39,950 nt of DNA from Candidatus Kaiserbacteria bacterium (GTDB lineage: Bacteria; Patescibacteriota; Minisyncoccia; Phycocordibacterales; Phycocordibacteraceae), in the NCBI GenBank assembly GCA_023264445.1, contig JAHFMN010000001.1, positions 135,928 to 175,877 of the forward strand. Reading direction: 5' to 3'. Shown here one piece after another: positions 25,988 to 36,539 of this stretch; the first letter of the stretch is position 1, and each line of letters opens with the position of its first letter. The position numbers and the translations under genes were made by a program. The notes under the pieces are model-generated. The model made no database searches. It had not been told where the DNA came from and was given only the letters and a program-made list of their open reading frames with translations.

Positions 25988-26811
25988 GGTGTTGAAGTTG
26001 CCGCTGTGAAGGCATCACGTACTGCTGCACCCGTATCACGAAGCAGAACCCACGTAATGGAAAAAGGATTTACTGCCGACTTAATGTGGAGCGTGATGCC
26101 GGGAGACGATGGATTGCTCTCAATGCGCGCGATACTGCCGATAGGAAGCATCCCCGGGCCGGGAACAAATACTACGTCAGACGCTGCAACCCTCGCAGAA
26201 CGCGTAAGTGAAGCCGTCATTGCTCCGGCACCTGCGCCAAGCAAAGTGAGGGGAAGCGCATTATGTCCGACCCACCCATGCGTCTCGGCTCCCGGCGCCG
26301 AGAAAAGCGTAATGCGGGAGAAGCCGGAGGTAACGGAAGAGACGACGCCAAGTGGAACGCCTCCCTCGCCGAATGCCTCGTAGCCGGGAGCGATGCCGTC
26401 CTGCGACCCTGCGGCGACGACGAGCGTATCGTACGGGCTCTCGGGCGGGCGGGCGACGACGCCGGCGAGAACATCAGAAGCAGCGTGGGAGGTGGGGAGA
26501 AGTGCTTTGAGCTGGGCTTCTTTTTCTATAAGTGCTTGGTTCTCGCTCGCGAGCGCGGCATTTTCGCTTTGCAGTTGTTCATTCTTTGCGGCAAGCGCGG
26601 CGATATCATTAAAGCCGTTGAGGAATGTACGGCTCGCAAGAGCGATGGAATCTCCCACGCGAAACGCCGGGGTAAACAGTTGCCAGAATATATTTGGCGC
26701 AAGCAACCGCAAAAGAAGCGCGAGGATAGCGCAGGCAAGCGCGAGAGTCCCCCACGAGACGTTTCCAGGCGAGAGGAGCGCATTACGCTTCGCTAAGTAT
26801 GTCTTCTTCAT
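25984..26811 (-). CDS. mreC: Rod shape-determining protein MreC
   Basis: TM, coiled coil, YDTLVVAAGSQDGI, GVV motif. Confidence 0.85.
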   Translation of the reverse strand: MKKTYLAKRNALLSPGNVSWGTLALACAILALLLRLLAPNIFWQLFTPAFRVGDSIALASRTFLNGFNDIAALAAKNEQLQSENAALASENQALIEKEAQLKALLPTSHAASDVLAGVVARPPESPYDTLVVAAGSQDGIAPGYEAFGEGGVPLGVVSSVTSGFSRITLFSAPGAETHGWVGHNALPLTLLGAGAGAMTASLTRSARVAASDVVFVPGPGMLPIGSIARIESNPSSPGITLHIKSAVNPFSITWVLLRDTGAAVRDAFTAATSTP

Positions 26812-27835
26812 CGACAAAAAAATCAGCGTAGGTTGCGGGATCTTCGGTCACGATGCCCACCCCGCGTACGACCGCCGTGAGCGGATCGGCTGCGACCCGT
26901 ACTGGCACGCCGAGCATTTTCGCTAGTATCTGCGGCAGGCCGCGCAGAAGCGCGCCACCACCAAAGACCGTCACTCCGTGCTGTAGCACGTCTGAAAGGA
27001 GTTCGGGCGGCGTCGCCTCTATCACTTCCTTCATGGCATCCATGAGTGCATCGAGCGAAGGGGCAATTGCTTCGCGGACGTGCGCGTCATTCAATATCAC
27101 TTCGCGCGGGAGCCCGGTCGCAAAATCGCGCCCACGGACGCTCCGCGAAAGTATTTCCGAAAGTGGCATCACTGCCCCGATGGCTATCTTGACGTCCTCG
27201 GCCGTGCACTCGCCGATGCCGAGCTTGAATTCGCTGCGAACGAAGTCAATGATGTTTTCATTGAAGCGGTCGCCTGCTACATGCGAGCTCTTTGCGGCAA
27301 CGACGCCTGAAAGCGCGATGACGGCGATGTCGGTCGTGCCGCCGCCGATATCGAGTACCATCGTGCCAACCGCCTCTGAGACCGGCAGCTTCGCGCCGAT
27401 AGCTCCTGCAACCGGCTCTTCAAGAATGATCGCTTCGCGCGCGCCGGCGTTTCTCGCGGCATCTCGGACCGCGCGGCTCTGCACGTTGGTCACCCCTGTC
27501 GGCACGCCGATGACGACCCGTGGGCCAAACAGCCGGAACCGGCTTTGCTGCGCTTTGTTGATGAGATAGGCGAGCAGCTCTTCAGTCACTTCAAAGTCAG
27601 AGATGACGCCGTGAGAGAGCGGCCGCACGACGCGGATGTGCGCGGGCGTCTTGCCGAGCATCGTCTTCGCCTCCTTCCCCACTGCGACCACCTGATGTGT
27701 CTTATCGTTGACCGCAACGACTGATGGCTCGTTGATGACGACGCCGCGGCCGCGCACATAGACGAGCGTATTCGTCGTCCCGAGGTCTATCGCTATATCG
27801 TTGCTGAAAAGCAGATTTCTAGAAAACTTCGCCAT
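26783..27835 (-). CDS. mreB: MreB actin-like protein (operon copy)
   Basis: IDLGTTNT, EPSVVA, DIGGGTTD, GGGALL. Confidence 0.95.
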   Translation of the reverse strand: MAKFSRNLLFSNDIAIDLGTTNTLVYVRGRGVVINEPSVVAVNDKTHQVVAVGKEAKTMLGKTPAHIRVVRPLSHGVISDFEVTEELLAYLINKAQQSRFRLFGPRVVIGVPTGVTNVQSRAVRDAARNAGAREAIILEEPVAGAIGAKLPVSEAVGTMVLDIGGGTTDIAVIALSGVVAAKSSHVAGDRFNENIIDFVRSEFKLGIGECTAEDVKIAIGAVMPLSEILSRSVRGRDFATGLPREVILNDAHVREAIAPSLDALMDAMKEVIEATPPELLSDVLQHGVTVFGGGALLRGLPQILAKMLGVPVRVAADPLTAVVRGVGIVTEDPATYADFFVDEEDILSEA

Positions 27836-27838
27836 ACC

Positions 27839-29080
27839 CTAGCCGACCAGCTTCGCGTGCGGCATCTTCTCCACTGCTCCGGTCGCGCGATTCACGACTT
27901 CAAACTCTCCGGTGGCAACCGCGTCCTTGCCGACCACGATGCGATGCGGGATACCGAGCAGATCGCTCTCCGCAAATTTCTCTCCTGCGCGGAGGTCGCG
28001 ATCGTCGTAGAGCACCGAGATGCCTTTCTGTGCCAGGTCGGTATACAGCGCGTCTGCTGTTTTGGAAATCTCATCGCCATCATGCCCAAGTGAGACAAGG
28101 TGATATACAAACGGCGCAACGCCTTCGGGCCAGACAAGCCCCTTCTCGTCCGCAAGTATTTCCACGATGATGCCCATGAGGCGCGTCGGCCCAATGCCGT
28201 AACTGCCCATGACGACCGACTTCTCCGCGCCGGCTTCGTCCTTGTAGGAAAGGCCAAGCGGTTCGGAAAAGCGTGTGCCCAGACTGAATATATTCCCGGC
28301 TTCAATGGCTTTCTTCTCTACGAGATTATTTCTTTCAAGTCCGAGCTTCGCAAGCGTTTCGTCGGTACATACCTCTTTATTGACCGCAATGCGCTTCCCC
28401 TCATCTATATAAATGGTGTCCTCACCTGCCTCGGAGACCGTCTGGAATTCTTCCGAGAATTCGCTGAAGATGCCGCCCGAAGCAAACGTGACGTACGTCT
28501 GTGCGCCAATGCCTACTCGACTGAATACCCTCATATACGCTTCGCGCGCTTTGTCATAAAACGCTTTATGCTCCGCCTCATCTTTTGAAAATGAATAGAG
28601 GTCCTTCATCAGGAACTCTTTGCCGCGCATGATGCCGGACTTCGCGCGAAGCTCATTTCGGAACTTGTTCTGAAATTGATACGCATACACCGGAAGATCG
28701 CGGTATGAGGAGATGTGTTCGGTCATGATGCGGGTCAGGGGCTCCTCGTGAGTAATTGCGAGTCCCGTCTCGCCGCCGCTCTTGAAAGATGTCTTGAACC
28801 AGTTATCAACTTTCTCATCGTCCCAGCGGTCGGTGCGGCTCCAGAGCTCTTTATCCTGAAGCGCGGTCATGATGAGCTCTTGCCCGCCGATAGCGTTCAT
28901 CTCCTCACGGATGATCTGGACGATGTTGTTGAGAACCCGCAAGCCAAGCGGAAGGTACGAGTAGACGCCCGACATCTCCTTGTGGATGTATCCGGCGCGC
29001 ACGAGGAGCTGAGCATTCTTCGCAACCTCGTCGGAGGGCGCCTCGCGCCGAGTTTTCGTAAAAAGCTTCGACTGTCTCAT
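27839..29080 (-). CDS. proS: Proline--tRNA ligase (short form without editing insertion)
   Basis: GVYSYLPLG, THEE, KFRNELR, EFLMKDLYSF, MGSYGIG, GEKFAESDLLGIP. Confidence 0.96.
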   Translation of the reverse strand: MRQSKLFTKTRREAPSDEVAKNAQLLVRAGYIHKEMSGVYSYLPLGLRVLNNIVQIIREEMNAIGGQELIMTALQDKELWSRTDRWDDEKVDNWFKTSFKSGGETGLAITHEEPLTRIMTEHISSYRDLPVYAYQFQNKFRNELRAKSGIMRGKEFLMKDLYSFSKDEAEHKAFYDKAREAYMRVFSRVGIGAQTYVTFASGGIFSEFSEEFQTVSEAGEDTIYIDEGKRIAVNKEVCTDETLAKLGLERNNLVEKKAIEAGNIFSLGTRFSEPLGLSYKDEAGAEKSVVMGSYGIGPTRLMGIIVEILADEKGLVWPEGVAPFVYHLVSLGHDGDEISKTADALYTDLAQKGISVLYDDRDLRAGEKFAESDLLGIPHRIVVGKDAVATGEFEVVNRATGAVEKMPHAKLVG

Positions 29081-29097
29081 GGGAATGAGTATAAAGC

Positions 29098-29124
29098 AAA
29101 AGCCCGCGAGAAGCACGGGCTTTT
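29098..29124 (-). terminator. Terminator of the 29150-29629 gene
   Basis: AAAAGCCCG/CGGGCTTTT stem. Confidence 0.7.
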
Positions 29125-29149
29125 TTGTGGGACTTTGAAGACTTCTCCT

Positions 29150-29629
29150 CTAGGAAGCTAGTCTCTGTATCTCCTCTTGTGCGCTCCTGCGTGCGCTCCT
29201 GCGCTCAGCCGCTTTTTCTTGTTCAGCTTGCTGAAGCAGTCCTTCTATCGTCCCGCCCTTGGGGCTTTTATAAACGACGCACCCCAATGGATCAATCGTA
29301 ACGATGTAGCTAACGGCATGTGCTTGCGTCTGAAGCTTAATGAGCATTTCACGCACCGTTGTTTTCCTAAATCTCGTCCAGAAGAAGAGCAAGGGGTGAT
29401 ACCACCTTCCCTCGTGTTTCGCGACGAGATCCCCTCCCTGACTGAACAGGAATATCTGGCTGCACCATAAGAGAATGTACACATTCCCCTCCGAACAACC
29501 AGCGCTGAAATCAAGGATCTTGGTGTCAGCACGCGAGACAGTTGCGTTACGGAGCCCTTCATAGTCTTTCAGGTGTTCTTTAAGCCACGGAAACTGCTCG
29601 AACACTGCTTGCACATGATACTTGGACAT
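29150..29629 (-). CDS. Hypothetical protein
   Basis: AAGGAG SD, TTGACT-17-TACTAT promoter near 29731-29759, own terminator. Confidence 0.7.
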   Translation of the reverse strand: MSKYHVQAVFEQFPWLKEHLKDYEGLRNATVSRADTKILDFSAGCSEGNVYILLWCSQIFLFSQGGDLVAKHEGRWYHPLLFFWTRFRKTTVREMLIKLQTQAHAVSYIVTIDPLGCVVYKSPKGGTIEGLLQQAEQEKAAERRSARRSAQEEIQRLAS

Positions 29630-29766
29630 AGCAAACTCCTTTTGAGGAGAAGGCATCCCGCCTTCTTAGTACATTTCCGACCGTTCATCCCGAACGGTCG
29701 GGCCTCGGTTTCAAACAGCAAACCAGAAAAATAGTACTTTATTTTATATATAAAGTCAATACCTCA

Positions 29767-30861
29767 TTAGCCTACAATCTTGAAAATGTCGTGGGCAGTG
29801 ACCACGACCATGAGCAGGATGAGGAAGACGAAGCCGATGGCATTAATAGAGTGAGCGACGCTCGTTTTGATAGGACGGCGGATGATGCTTTCAATGATGA
29901 CGAAGAGGAGCCGACCCCCATCGAGCGCAGGGACGGGGATGAGATTGATGAGTGCGAGATTGATGGAAATGATGGCCATGATGGAGAAGAGATCGCCGAA
30001 GCCTTGTCCCGATGCCGCGCCGACGACGCCCGCGATGCCGACGGGACCTGCGACCTGCGAGAGGTCGGCCGAAAGCGTAAAGATGCCGTAGAAGAAATGT
30101 CCGAGTCCGACTGCGGTCATCTTGGTCATCTCCCAAGTGAGAATTGCACCTTCTGTAATTGCCGCTCCAAATGGAAGCGGCACGACGCCGATAGTGGCGA
30201 CTTCAACACCAAGCACCGCCCGCGTTAAGTCGGATGGAATGAGTCCCGTCTCAGGTCGAGCAGATAGCGTTTCTTCTTTCCCGCTTGCGTGCCGGACGGT
30301 AAGCATAATGGTGGCATTTCCCTTCCCCTTTGCGACGAATTCGGTAAATGCAGCCGGGTCCACGCCCGAGAACGCATAATGCCCATCCTCCGCAGAGAGG
30401 ATGGCGTCGCCTGGGACAAGTCCTGCATGAGCGGCTGGACTCCCAGGAAGTACATCCGCCACGGCGAGTGCGGCACTCTGCGCTACTGGGATCTCCTCTG
30501 GAGCAAGTGCGCGCGGCGTGCCAGCGATAAGCGCGCCGGTCACGAGCACATAGGCAAAGAGAAGATTCATCGCGACGCCGGCGACAAGCACGAATGCTTG
30601 CGCGAATCGGTTCTTGCTACTGAATGCACGGGAACCCTGTCCTTCCCCGTCTTCTCCATAAATCTTCACGAATCCGCCGAAGGGCAGCCAGTTGAGGGTG
30701 TAGGAAGTCTCACCCACTTTTGCGATGGTGAGCGCGCGAGGTGGATACCCGAGCCCGAATTCGTCTACGCGCATGCCAGTAAGCTTCGCGGCGACGAAAT
30801 GCCCGAACTCATGCACTACGATGAGCGCGACGATGACGACAATGAAAATCAGGACACTCAT
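29767..30861 (-). CDS. rseP: RIP metalloprotease RseP (M50, one PDZ domain)
   Basis: HEFGH, PFGGFV, PDZ (GSPAAHAGL), NLIPVPALDGG. Confidence 0.95.
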   Translation of the reverse strand: MSVLIFIVVIVALIVVHEFGHFVAAKLTGMRVDEFGLGYPPRALTIAKVGETSYTLNWLPFGGFVKIYGEDGEGQGSRAFSSKNRFAQAFVLVAGVAMNLLFAYVLVTGALIAGTPRALAPEEIPVAQSAALAVADVLPGSPAAHAGLVPGDAILSAEDGHYAFSGVDPAAFTEFVAKGKGNATIMLTVRHASGKEETLSARPETGLIPSDLTRAVLGVEVATIGVVPLPFGAAITEGAILTWEMTKMTAVGLGHFFYGIFTLSADLSQVAGPVGIAGVVGAASGQGFGDLFSIMAIISINLALINLIPVPALDGGRLLFVIIESIIRRPIKTSVAHSINAIGFVFLILLMVVVTAHDIFKIVG

Positions 30862-30863
30862 TC

Positions 30864-31415
30864 CTATTGAGCTATCTCCTTCTCTTTTTTCTCGAGGACT
30901 GCCGCGAGCGCTTCATTGCCCGCGTCAATGAGCTTCTGCAATTCGACTTTCAAACGTGCGAACTCATCCTTTCCCATACCGCCGGCCTTTTCTGCGACCT
31001 CGAGCACCTTTAGAGCTTCGGTACGATGCGAACGCAATGTCACCTTCGCTTGTTCGGTCTTATCGCCAGCGATTTTTGAGAGCTGGATGCGCCGTTCGCT
31101 CGTAAGCTCGGGAAAGGATACACGCAGTCCCTGATCATCAGTTGCGACGCCCACACCGAGATCCGCTTCGGTGACACCTTTTTCAAGTGCCTTTAGAATA
31201 CTCATGTCCCACGGGATGATACGGAGGGTGCGTGCATCCTCAACCGAGATGGAAGCGAGCTCTCGTAGCGGCGTGCGTGCGCCGTATGCCTCGGGCTTCA
31301 CGCCATCAAGCAGAGAAGGCGTCGCACGTCCGGTACGGACTCCGGAGAGCTCACGAGCGAGCCACTCTTCAGTCTCTTTGATATCAGCCTTTAATTTTGA
31401 GAAATCGTACGCCAT
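30864..31415 (-). CDS. frr: Ribosome recycling factor
   Basis: VRTGRATPSLLD, PELTSERR. Confidence 0.95.
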   Translation of the reverse strand: MAYDFSKLKADIKETEEWLARELSGVRTGRATPSLLDGVKPEAYGARTPLRELASISVEDARTLRIIPWDMSILKALEKGVTEADLGVGVATDDQGLRVSFPELTSERRIQLSKIAGDKTEQAKVTLRSHRTEALKVLEVAEKAGGMGKDEFARLKVELQKLIDAGNEALAAVLEKKEKEIAQ

Positions 31416-31433
31416 CAGCTGATTATACCAAAC

Positions 31434-32120
31434 TCAGACTAAACCTTTGGGGGTGACGAGAGACAGATGCTCCAAGATCATCCGCAAGGGCGCGCTTCGG
31501 TCGTACAGGTAGCCCCGCAGGGTTGCGATGTCTGAAAGCAATTCAGCGGCAGCTTTATTTTTATCCTTTTTCATCGCGGCATACGCCGTCGCCTCGATGC
31601 CATTTACGATGGCGACCGCCTCATCGCGGAGCTCCCGCCGCTCTTCTTCGTCTTTCCCGCTCGTGAGCTTCTTGATGAGTGCACTGCGCTTCTCTTTGCT
31701 CGCTTTTAGAAATGCTTCTGCTGGATTGAGTTCCTGCTTGCTGCTTCTGCCTTCTTGTTCCAATACCTGCACTCGAGAACGCAGTGTGGGCAGGAGCCCA
31801 CCAAGCGACGGTAATACTAAAAATAAGTAGGCACCCTTTGGCGGCTCTTCAAAAACCTTGAGCAATGCATTCTGCGCTTCGTGATACGCGCGACTCGCCG
31901 CGATGATGACCACCTTATGCTCGCCCACAAACGGCGCACCGGCGGCAAGGTCTGCGACCTGCCGCGCGTCTTCCACTGACAGAAGTCCGTATCGCCGTGT
32001 CACGATATCTGGATTTGCTTTCACATCCATCCCGAGATTTTCCTTCACCCACGCGAGCACAGTCGCGATTCCCTTTTCTTCCTCCGCTTCTATAACAAAC
32101 GCGTGGTGCTGTCTTTTCAT
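31434..32120 (-). CDS. holB: DNA polymerase III delta-prime-like subunit
   Basis: HHAF, AQNALLKVFEEPP, LLPTLRSR. Confidence 0.8.
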   Translation of the reverse strand: MKRQHHAFVIEAEEEKGIATVLAWVKENLGMDVKANPDIVTRRYGLLSVEDARQVADLAAGAPFVGEHKVVIIAASRAYHEAQNALLKVFEEPPKGAYLFLVLPSLGGLLPTLRSRVQVLEQEGRSSKQELNPAEAFLKASKEKRSALIKKLTSGKDEEERRELRDEAVAIVNGIEATAYAAMKKDKNKAAAELLSDIATLRGYLYDRSAPLRMILEHLSLVTPKGLV

Positions 32121-33142
32121 TGCTTCGCAATGATGCTCTTCTGATAGGTATCCAAATGCTTCAGTGCGATGCCGGTACCGCGCGCGACGCAGTAGTACGG
32201 GTCGTTCGCGAGCTTAGCAGTAACACCGGTGCGACGGTAGACGAGCTCAGGCATCTGTCGGAGTTGGGAAGAGCCGCCAGTGAGGATGATGCCGTTGTCG
32301 ATGATGTCGGCAGCAAGCTCGGGCGGAGTGTCCTGGAGCACTTTGCGGATCGCCTGCGTCATCTCGCGTAGCTCACGCGCCATCGCGGTGACGAGATCGT
32401 TCGTTGAGAGATCAACCGTGCGCGGGAGCCCGCTCATAAGATCACGCCCCTTGACTGGGAGTGTGAGCTCTTCATTAATCGGGACCGCGGCACCGATCTT
32501 TATTTTTATTTCTTCCGCAGTCTTGTCGCCGACAGCGAGATTGTGCTGCTTCTTGATGTAGTCCACGATGGCACGATCGAGGCGGTCGCCCGCGCACTTC
32601 ACACTCGTTGAGGCGACGATACCGCCAAGAGAAATCACGGCAACGTCTATGGTGCCGCCGCCGATATCCGCAATCATGCACCCCATCGGCTCGTGAATGG
32701 GAATGCCGGCACCGATGGCTGCGAGTATCGGCTCTTTGACCACGTACGCATTCTTTGCACCGGCCTTAAGTGCGGCCTCGATGACGGCACGCTTCTCGGT
32801 GGAGGACACCCCCGCAGGGACGGAGACGAGCACGGTCGGCTTGAAAGGATTTCGACCGAGCGCTTTTTTCATAAAATAACGAAGCATCGCCTCGGTGATG
32901 CGGTAGTCCGCGATGACGCCGTCCTTCATCGGGCGATACGCCCGGATGTCGTCCGGCGTACGACCGATCATCTTCTTCGCCTCCGCACCAATGGCGAGAA
33001 TCTTATTACCGCCCTTTTTGCCGTGCTCCTTGCCGACCGCGACGACCGATGGCTCATTGATGACAACCCCCTTGCCGGGCACGAAGACCAGCACATTGGT
33101 CGTTCCGAGGTCAATGCCGAGCTTGGGAGAAAAGAAGGACAT
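32117..33142 (-). CDS. mreB: MreB/Mbl actin-like protein (second paralog)
   Basis: GIDLGTTN, RPMKDGVIAD, DIGGGT, TPPELAADI. Confidence 0.93.
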   Translation of the reverse strand: MSFFSPKLGIDLGTTNVLVFVPGKGVVINEPSVVAVGKEHGKKGGNKILAIGAEAKKMIGRTPDDIRAYRPMKDGVIADYRITEAMLRYFMKKALGRNPFKPTVLVSVPAGVSSTEKRAVIEAALKAGAKNAYVVKEPILAAIGAGIPIHEPMGCMIADIGGGTIDVAVISLGGIVASTSVKCAGDRLDRAIVDYIKKQHNLAVGDKTAEEIKIKIGAAVPINEELTLPVKGRDLMSGLPRTVDLSTNDLVTAMARELREMTQAIRKVLQDTPPELAADIIDNGIILTGGSSQLRQMPELVYRRTGVTAKLANDPYYCVARGTGIALKHLDTYQKSIIAKQ

Positions 33143-33207
33143 TGCCACCATAGTAGCGCGTCGTCGTACACAGGGCAAAAGCCCGCGGCTGGTGGTACGA
33201 TGACGCT

Positions 33208-34512
33208 ATGCAAGGAGAGATGAATTTCATCATCGAGGGCGATCGGCGCCTCTCCGGAACGGTCGAGACGAGCCGTTCCAAAAACGGCGCCGTTGCCCTT
33301 CTCGCCGCTTCCCTTCTGAACGCGGGGAAAACGACGCTCGAACGCGTGCCAAAAATAGAGGAAGTCAATCGTCTTATTGAAGTGCTGCGTTCTATCGGCG
33401 TATCGGTAGACTGGCAGGGGTCGAATGTCGTCCTGCAGCCGCCCAAACATCTCTCGCTTGAAAAAATCGATCGCATCGCGGCGACAAAAACGCGCAGCAT
33501 CCTCATGTTCATCGGCCCTCTGCTCCATCTCTTCAAGGAATTTGAGCTGCCGCAATCAGGCGGATGCACGCTTGGATTGCGCTCCGTGCGCCCGCATCTG
33601 ATGGCGCTTGAGAAATTCGGCGTCATGATAGAGGCGCGCTCCGAAAGCTACCACATTTCTCATACCGCGCTCGCACCGGCCGAGGTCGTCTTGTATGAGT
33701 CGAGCGATACTGCGACCATCAATGCGCTTCTTGCGGCCGCGCGCGCTCCCGGAACCTCGGTCATCAAATACGCATCAGCAAACTATCAGGTGCAGGAAGT
33801 CTGCGGCTTCTTGCGCGCGCTCGGCGTCTCCGTGGATGGCATCGGTTCGACGACGCTCACCATCACCGGCATCGCGCAGATCGATACGACCGTTTCTTAT
33901 AGCGTGGCGCAGGATCCCACTGACGCCATGTTCTTCATTTCGGCCGCCGTGACAACCAACTCATCCATCACGATTACCGCTGCGCCTATAGAATTCCTTG
34001 AAGTGGAACTTCTGCTTCTTGGAAAGATGGGACTTATGTTCTCGCTTTCTAAATCCCGCACGTCCGAAAATGGCATCACGAAGCTCGTCGATATAGAACT
34101 TCATGCATCGGAACTCACTGCCTTCCCTGAAAAGATTCATGCACGCCCCTACCCTGGCCTCAATATAGATAATCTTCCCTTCTTCGCCGTTATCGCGACG
34201 CAGGCGAAAGGTACGACGCTCATTCACGACTGGGTCTATGAAAAACGCGCCATCTATTACACCGAGCTTGACCGTCTGGGAGCGCGGACGACGCTCCACG
34301 ACCCACACCGCATTTCGATAGAAGGGCCGACGCACCTCAAGGCCGCTGAAGTCATCTGCCCGCCTGCGCTTCGCCCCGCAACTATCATCCTCGTCGCCAT
34401 GCTCGGTGCGAAAGGCCGCTCCACGCTCCGGAATGTCTACAGTATCAACCGCGGATATGAAGATCTCGTCGCTCGCCTACGAGCGCTTGGTGCATCCATT
34501 GAAGCGACATGA
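33208..34512 (+). CDS. murA: UDP-N-acetylglucosamine 1-carboxyvinyltransferase
   Basis: SKN, GGC(115)TLG.R, PYPG..D, YEKR, RGYE. Confidence 0.94.
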   Translation: MQGEMNFIIEGDRRLSGTVETSRSKNGAVALLAASLLNAGKTTLERVPKIEEVNRLIEVLRSIGVSVDWQGSNVVLQPPKHLSLEKIDRIAATKTRSILMFIGPLLHLFKEFELPQSGGCTLGLRSVRPHLMALEKFGVMIEARSESYHISHTALAPAEVVLYESSDTATINALLAAARAPGTSVIKYASANYQVQEVCGFLRALGVSVDGIGSTTLTITGIAQIDTTVSYSVAQDPTDAMFFISAAVTTNSSITITAAPIEFLEVELLLLGKMGLMFSLSKSRTSENGITKLVDIELHASELTAFPEKIHARPYPGLNIDNLPFFAVIATQAKGTTLIHDWVYEKRAIYYTELDRLGARTTLHDPHRISIEGPTHLKAAEVICPPALRPATIILVAMLGAKGRSTLRNVYSINRGYEDLVARLRALGASIEAT

Positions 34513-34802
34513 AATCCATCGGCGACATTCTCCCTGATATCAAGAAAAAAGCGGCAGAAGCGCCGAAAGGGAGAAAGCGTCAGACCGAACGCGGCGAATT
34601 GATGCGCTTTTTCCAGCGGCACCTGAACTATTCGCGCAAACAAGACGGGCTCGCGCCCATGACGATGGCACATCTCGGGACAGTCCTGGAAAAAATACCC
34701 ACGCAGGATTTGTATTACCTCAAGAGCGTCTGCAGCCAAGCAAAAAACTTCGGTAAAAAATTCTGGTGGGAGCTCGATCCGACCAAGCATCCTCAGCGCT
34801 AA
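34509..34802 (+). CDS. Hypothetical basic protein
   Basis: ATGA overlap with the murA stop. Confidence 0.75.
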   Translation: MKSIGDILPDIKKKAAEAPKGRKRQTERGELMRFFQRHLNYSRKQDGLAPMTMAHLGTVLEKIPTQDLYYLKSVCSQAKNFGKKFWWELDPTKHPQR

Positions 34803-34822
34803 AACGTGCTATACTAGAGCAC

Positions 34823-35359
34823 ATGAAAGAAATCGTGCAAGATGGCGCGCTGGTGTTGCGCGAGATTGCAGAGCCGGTGCCAGAGAAGCTTTTCGGTTCT
34901 GCCGAGCTCTTGCAGCTCATTAAGAATATGGAGAAAGCCCTCGACAAGGAAATCGAGGGCGTCGCGCTTGCTGCGCCGCAAATCGGCGTGTCCTATCGCC
35001 TATTCATCGTCCGGAAGGACCGCACCCTACCGCCAGTGAGCGTTCCGGAAGGTGCACCACTTCCCCCACCGCCTCCTACTGAAATCGAGCTGTACATCAA
35101 TCCTGAAATCATAAAGACCTCCCGCAAGCGCGCAAAGGTGGACGAAGGATGCCTCTCGGTGCGCGGTGTCTACGGCACGACGAACCGGCATGAGCGCGTG
35201 ACGATCCGCGCGAAGCGCATGGATGGCACGACATTTGAGCGCGGCGGCGGGGGCATCATGGCGCAGATATTCGAGCATGAAATGGACCACCTGAATGGTA
35301 TCCTCTTTATCGACCACGCGGAGCATCTCATCCACATTCAGCATGCACCAACCGCATAA
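34823..35359 (+). CDS. def: Peptide deformylase
   Basis: GVALAAPQIG, EGCLS, HEMDH. Confidence 0.96.
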   Translation: MKEIVQDGALVLREIAEPVPEKLFGSAELLQLIKNMEKALDKEIEGVALAAPQIGVSYRLFIVRKDRTLPPVSVPEGAPLPPPPPTEIELYINPEIIKTSRKRAKVDEGCLSVRGVYGTTNRHERVTIRAKRMDGTTFERGGGGIMAQIFEHEMDHLNGILFIDHAEHLIHIQHAPTA

Positions 35360-36167
35360 ATTCGCATTTTTCGGTACGCCGAAGGTCGCGAGCGATACGC
35401 TCGAGATACTCATCGAGCGTGGCTTCACTCCCTCGCTCGTCGTGACATCTCCGGATGCGCCGCAAGGCCGCGGCCTTGCGCTCACTCCCTCGCCGACGAA
35501 ATCACTCGCACTTGCGCACAATCTCCCTCTACTGACGCCCCCGGCGCTTGACGCCGATGCTATCGCCGCCATTCGTGCATGCGGATGCGATTACGCCATC
35601 GTCGTCGCCTACGGCAAGATATTTCCTGAAGAACTCATCACTGCATTCCCACTCGGCGTATTAAATGTGCATTATTCCCTTCTGCCGAAATATCGGGGCG
35701 CAACACCGCTTGAGGCGGCGCTCCTTGCAGGCGAACGAGAGACAGGGGTAACCGTCCAGAAGATGGTAAAAGAGCTCGATGCAGGCGACATCATCGCGCA
35801 GGCCGCACTAGATATCACTCCAGAAGAGACTGCGCGCGAGCTACGCCCGCGCCTTATTTTGCTCGGAGCAAATCTGCTTGCTGACACGCTCCCCGCCTAT
35901 CTCTCAGGCACCATTACACCGGCACCTCAGAACCCCGCTAATGTTTCGCATGCGAGGAAATTAAAGAAAGAAGACGGACTTCTCTCACTTGGTGCTCCCG
36001 CCGAAGAAAACTGGAATAAATATCGCGCCTATGCCGACTCTATCGGCACCTACTTTTTTGAAAACGGAAAACGTATGAAGATAACCGAGGCATCGTTTGC
36101 AAACGGAAAGTTCATCATCGAGCGCGTCATTCCCGAAGGCAAACGCGAGATGGCGTATAGCGCTTAG
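35343..36167 (+). CDS. fmt: Methionyl-tRNA formyltransferase
   Basis: FFGTP, VAYG, NVHYSLLPKYRGATP, LDAG. Confidence 0.95.
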   Translation: MHQPHKFAFFGTPKVASDTLEILIERGFTPSLVVTSPDAPQGRGLALTPSPTKSLALAHNLPLLTPPALDADAIAAIRACGCDYAIVVAYGKIFPEELITAFPLGVLNVHYSLLPKYRGATPLEAALLAGERETGVTVQKMVKELDAGDIIAQAALDITPEETARELRPRLILLGANLLADTLPAYLSGTITPAPQNPANVSHARKLKKEDGLLSLGAPAEENWNKYRAYADSIGTYFFENGKRMKITEASFANGKFIIERVIPEGKREMAYSA

Positions 36168-36529
36168 CGCCCGAAGCGCAGCATATTCTTCAGAGCGCGG
36201 CCGCCGCGCTTGAAAAGATGTTCTGATTTGCCGCGGGCACGGCGTATTTCTTTCTCCAATTCACTGCGCACGCGGTCTGCGGCGCTCTCCGGCGTCGGCT
36301 TCACTGCTTCGGCATGGAACACCTCTCCGAGCACCGAGAGATTTGCTACCATCCGGCACGGCTCGGATGAGCGCCCCTCCGCCGGAGCGTGTTCTACATC
36401 CACCAAAAGAAGGGCGGAGGTGGCATCATCCCCCAGAAGGCGTTCTATCGGCGCGAGCTTCTCTTCCACTGCTTGTGCCGAAGCCGGCGCGAGGTCTTCA
36501 TAATGAGTTGTTTGTAGAGTAATGCGCAT
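36164..36529 (-). CDS. Ribosome hibernation factor HPF/RaiA family
   Basis: Size and pattern (VEEKL...FHAEA...AADRVRSELEKEIRR). Confidence 0.75.
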   Translation of the reverse strand: MRITLQTTHYEDLAPASAQAVEEKLAPIERLLGDDATSALLLVDVEHAPAEGRSSEPCRMVANLSVLGEVFHAEAVKPTPESAADRVRSELEKEIRRARGKSEHLFKRGGRALKNMLRFGR

Positions 36530-36539
36530 ATGCATGAAG

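Noticed and set aside
33550-33600. Fosfomycin-resistant MurA
   Set aside because: The active-site Cys (GGCTLG) is present rather than Asp.
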